Positions 62,230 through 64,000 of a stretch of 64,000 nt of DNA are shown piece after piece. Each line of letters starts with the position of its first letter. The first letter of the stretch is position 1. The DNA is from Octopus vulgaris (Eukaryota), in NCBI GenBank assembly GCA_951406725.2, contig OX597824.1, forward strand, positions 53,692,001 to 53,756,000. The letters are read 5' to 3'. Under the pieces are notes generated by a model, which was not told the origin of the DNA, did no database searches, and worked only from the letters and a program-made list of their open reading frames with translations. The position numbers and the translations under genes are program-made.

Positions 62230-64000
62230 GTGTTTATGCTGTTGATGTTTTGGTGAGTGGAGGTGGTGCTTGTGGGGTGGGGGTGGCAGTGTTTGTGGAA
62301 TGATGGGTGTGACAGCAAGTGGCATAAATTTTTCGGAAAAGGCCTTTTTTTACTCTGTCAATAGAGATAGTCTCTTTTTTTCCATGAATGTCCACAGTGA
62401 ACAGTTTTAGTGTGCTTTTAAGAATGTGATAGGGTCCAGTGTAGGGAGGTATGAGCGGTCCCTTGATGGCATCACTTCTTACAAACACGTGAGTCCAGGT
62501 AGAAATATCCGGAGGTACTGCAGAGGAAATAGACAGGTCATGAGGAAGCATTAGTGGCAGGTCAGCAAAGAATGACCTGAGTCACATGACGTAAAATGTA
62601 GGGTCCGCATTCAGTAAGTTGACGGGCACCAACAGTTGTCCAGGAAGTGCTAAGGTGTTGCCATACAGGAGTTCAGCGGAGGAGTAGCCTAAGTGCTCCT
62701 TGACAGCTGAGCAGCACCTAGCAGAACAATGGGGAGAAACTCGGGCCAACGATGAGGGTCAGGAGCTGTGCAAATAGTGGCTTTAAGCTGTTGGTGGAAC
62801 CTTTCCACCATTCCATTTGTGGCAGGATGGTAACTGGTGGTGTGGATTGCTGAAAGCTCATGGAACAGACAAGCTTCAAATTGGCGTCCATGATCGGTAG
62901 TAATTCTAGAGGGTACTCTGAAGCGAGATATCCACCTAGAGATGAGTGCTCTGGAGACAGCTTCCGTGGAAATGTCCACGAGAGGGATAGCTTCAGGCTA
63001 TCTGGAGAAATGGGTGATGCAGGTCAATATACAAGTAAATTTGCAACTGACTGGTCAAGGACCAACCAGGTCAATGTGTATGTGATAGAACTTGGTGTCT
63101 AATGGCTGGAATTGTCCAAGAGGTGCTCTCACATGACGATGCACTTTGGAACGCTGACATAGTAGGCAGGCATGTGACCAAGCAATAGACCGTCGCATAT
63201 TCAAGCAGAAAAAATCGGCCAAGATAAAGCTTTACTGTTGTGACAGCTGTCTTTGGCATGTCATCGGGGTTGATGGGGATTTGATGATATGCATGTACCA
63301 AATCGATCTTGGAAAAAATCTTACATCCATGCAGGGCAGACGAAAAATCCTGAACATTAGGGAGGGGATTACAATCAGCAATAGTGATGATGTTAAGATG
63401 TCGAAAATCTCCCACTGGTCAGAAATCAGCATCATTCTTCCTGGCCATATGTAGGGGCGTTGCCCATGGGCTCATGGAAGGATGAATGAGGCCCAGCTGG
63501 AGCATGTGCTCAAATTCAGCCCGGACAATCCGGAGTTTCTCTGGAGACAAATAGCGCGGTTGGGAAAAGACTGGAGGCCCCTTGGTCATGATGAAATGTC
63601 TCATAGAATGGGCTGGATTCAACAGATGAAACGACAAATCAGTCAACTCTGGAAACGAAGTGAGTAGCTGTTAGTAGGAGTCACCCGAAGCTGCCATGAA
63701 GAAAGAAGGGCTCACAAAGGAGACAGCGAGTGAAGTGGTGTTATCAATGAGAGAATAGTGGTGTAAGAAATCAGCACCAAGAATAGAATGGAGCAGGTCT
63801 GCAATGACAAAAATCGACTTCAAATCCCTACGGAGTGACAAATCCAGAGTGAGTGATATTTCCCCATAGATCTTGATGGCGGAGTGATTCCCCACATAAA
63901 GAGTGATATCCGAAAGAGCAGGATTGGTAGAAGTAAACCGTCGAGGCCAAATACTTAAACTGGCATCTGTATCCACCATAAAGGACTTTGAAGAATTGGC
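62230..64000 (-). mobile_element. Ty3/gypsy LTR-retrotransposon pol remnant (protease, partial RT, integrase)
   Basis: VDTDAS and ILGADFL (protease); SPWATPLH, FSKIDLVHAYHQIP (RT); ITTDHGRQF, YHPATNGMVERFH (integrase); PYTGPY (GPY/F). Frameshifted and internally deleted; LTR not delimited. Confidence 0.88.

Overview
AT-rich animal genomic DNA; the SINE, RTE and Penelope repertoire suggests a coleoid cephalopod such as octopus (inference). Two host genes lie on the minus strand. UTP23 is complete (3 coding exons, ~246 aa, 6521-11949). The last three coding exons of a glutaminyl-peptide cyclotransferase (QPCT-like, 44615-57529) are present, with a GC-AG intron. Most of the rest is transposon-derived: many Penelope-like retroelements (PLE; RT + C-terminal GIY-YIG) with direct or inverted pseudo-LTRs, a Helitron with both termini inserted in a PLE start, mariners, a MULE, MITEs, RTE LINE fragments, tRNA-SINEs and a decayed Ty3/gypsy. 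The main unannotated signal is about 20 hammerhead-ribozyme-like motifs read by eye, 5 with intact canonical cores. They include a 5,553-nt hammerhead-to-hammerhead PLE unit in a QPCT intron, variants with long stem II, and a 508-bp retrozyme-like unit. A permuted inverted duplication copied a dead mariner and resembles PLE-driven transduction. Coordinates were counted by hand and element edges are approximate unless a TSD or terminus is given.
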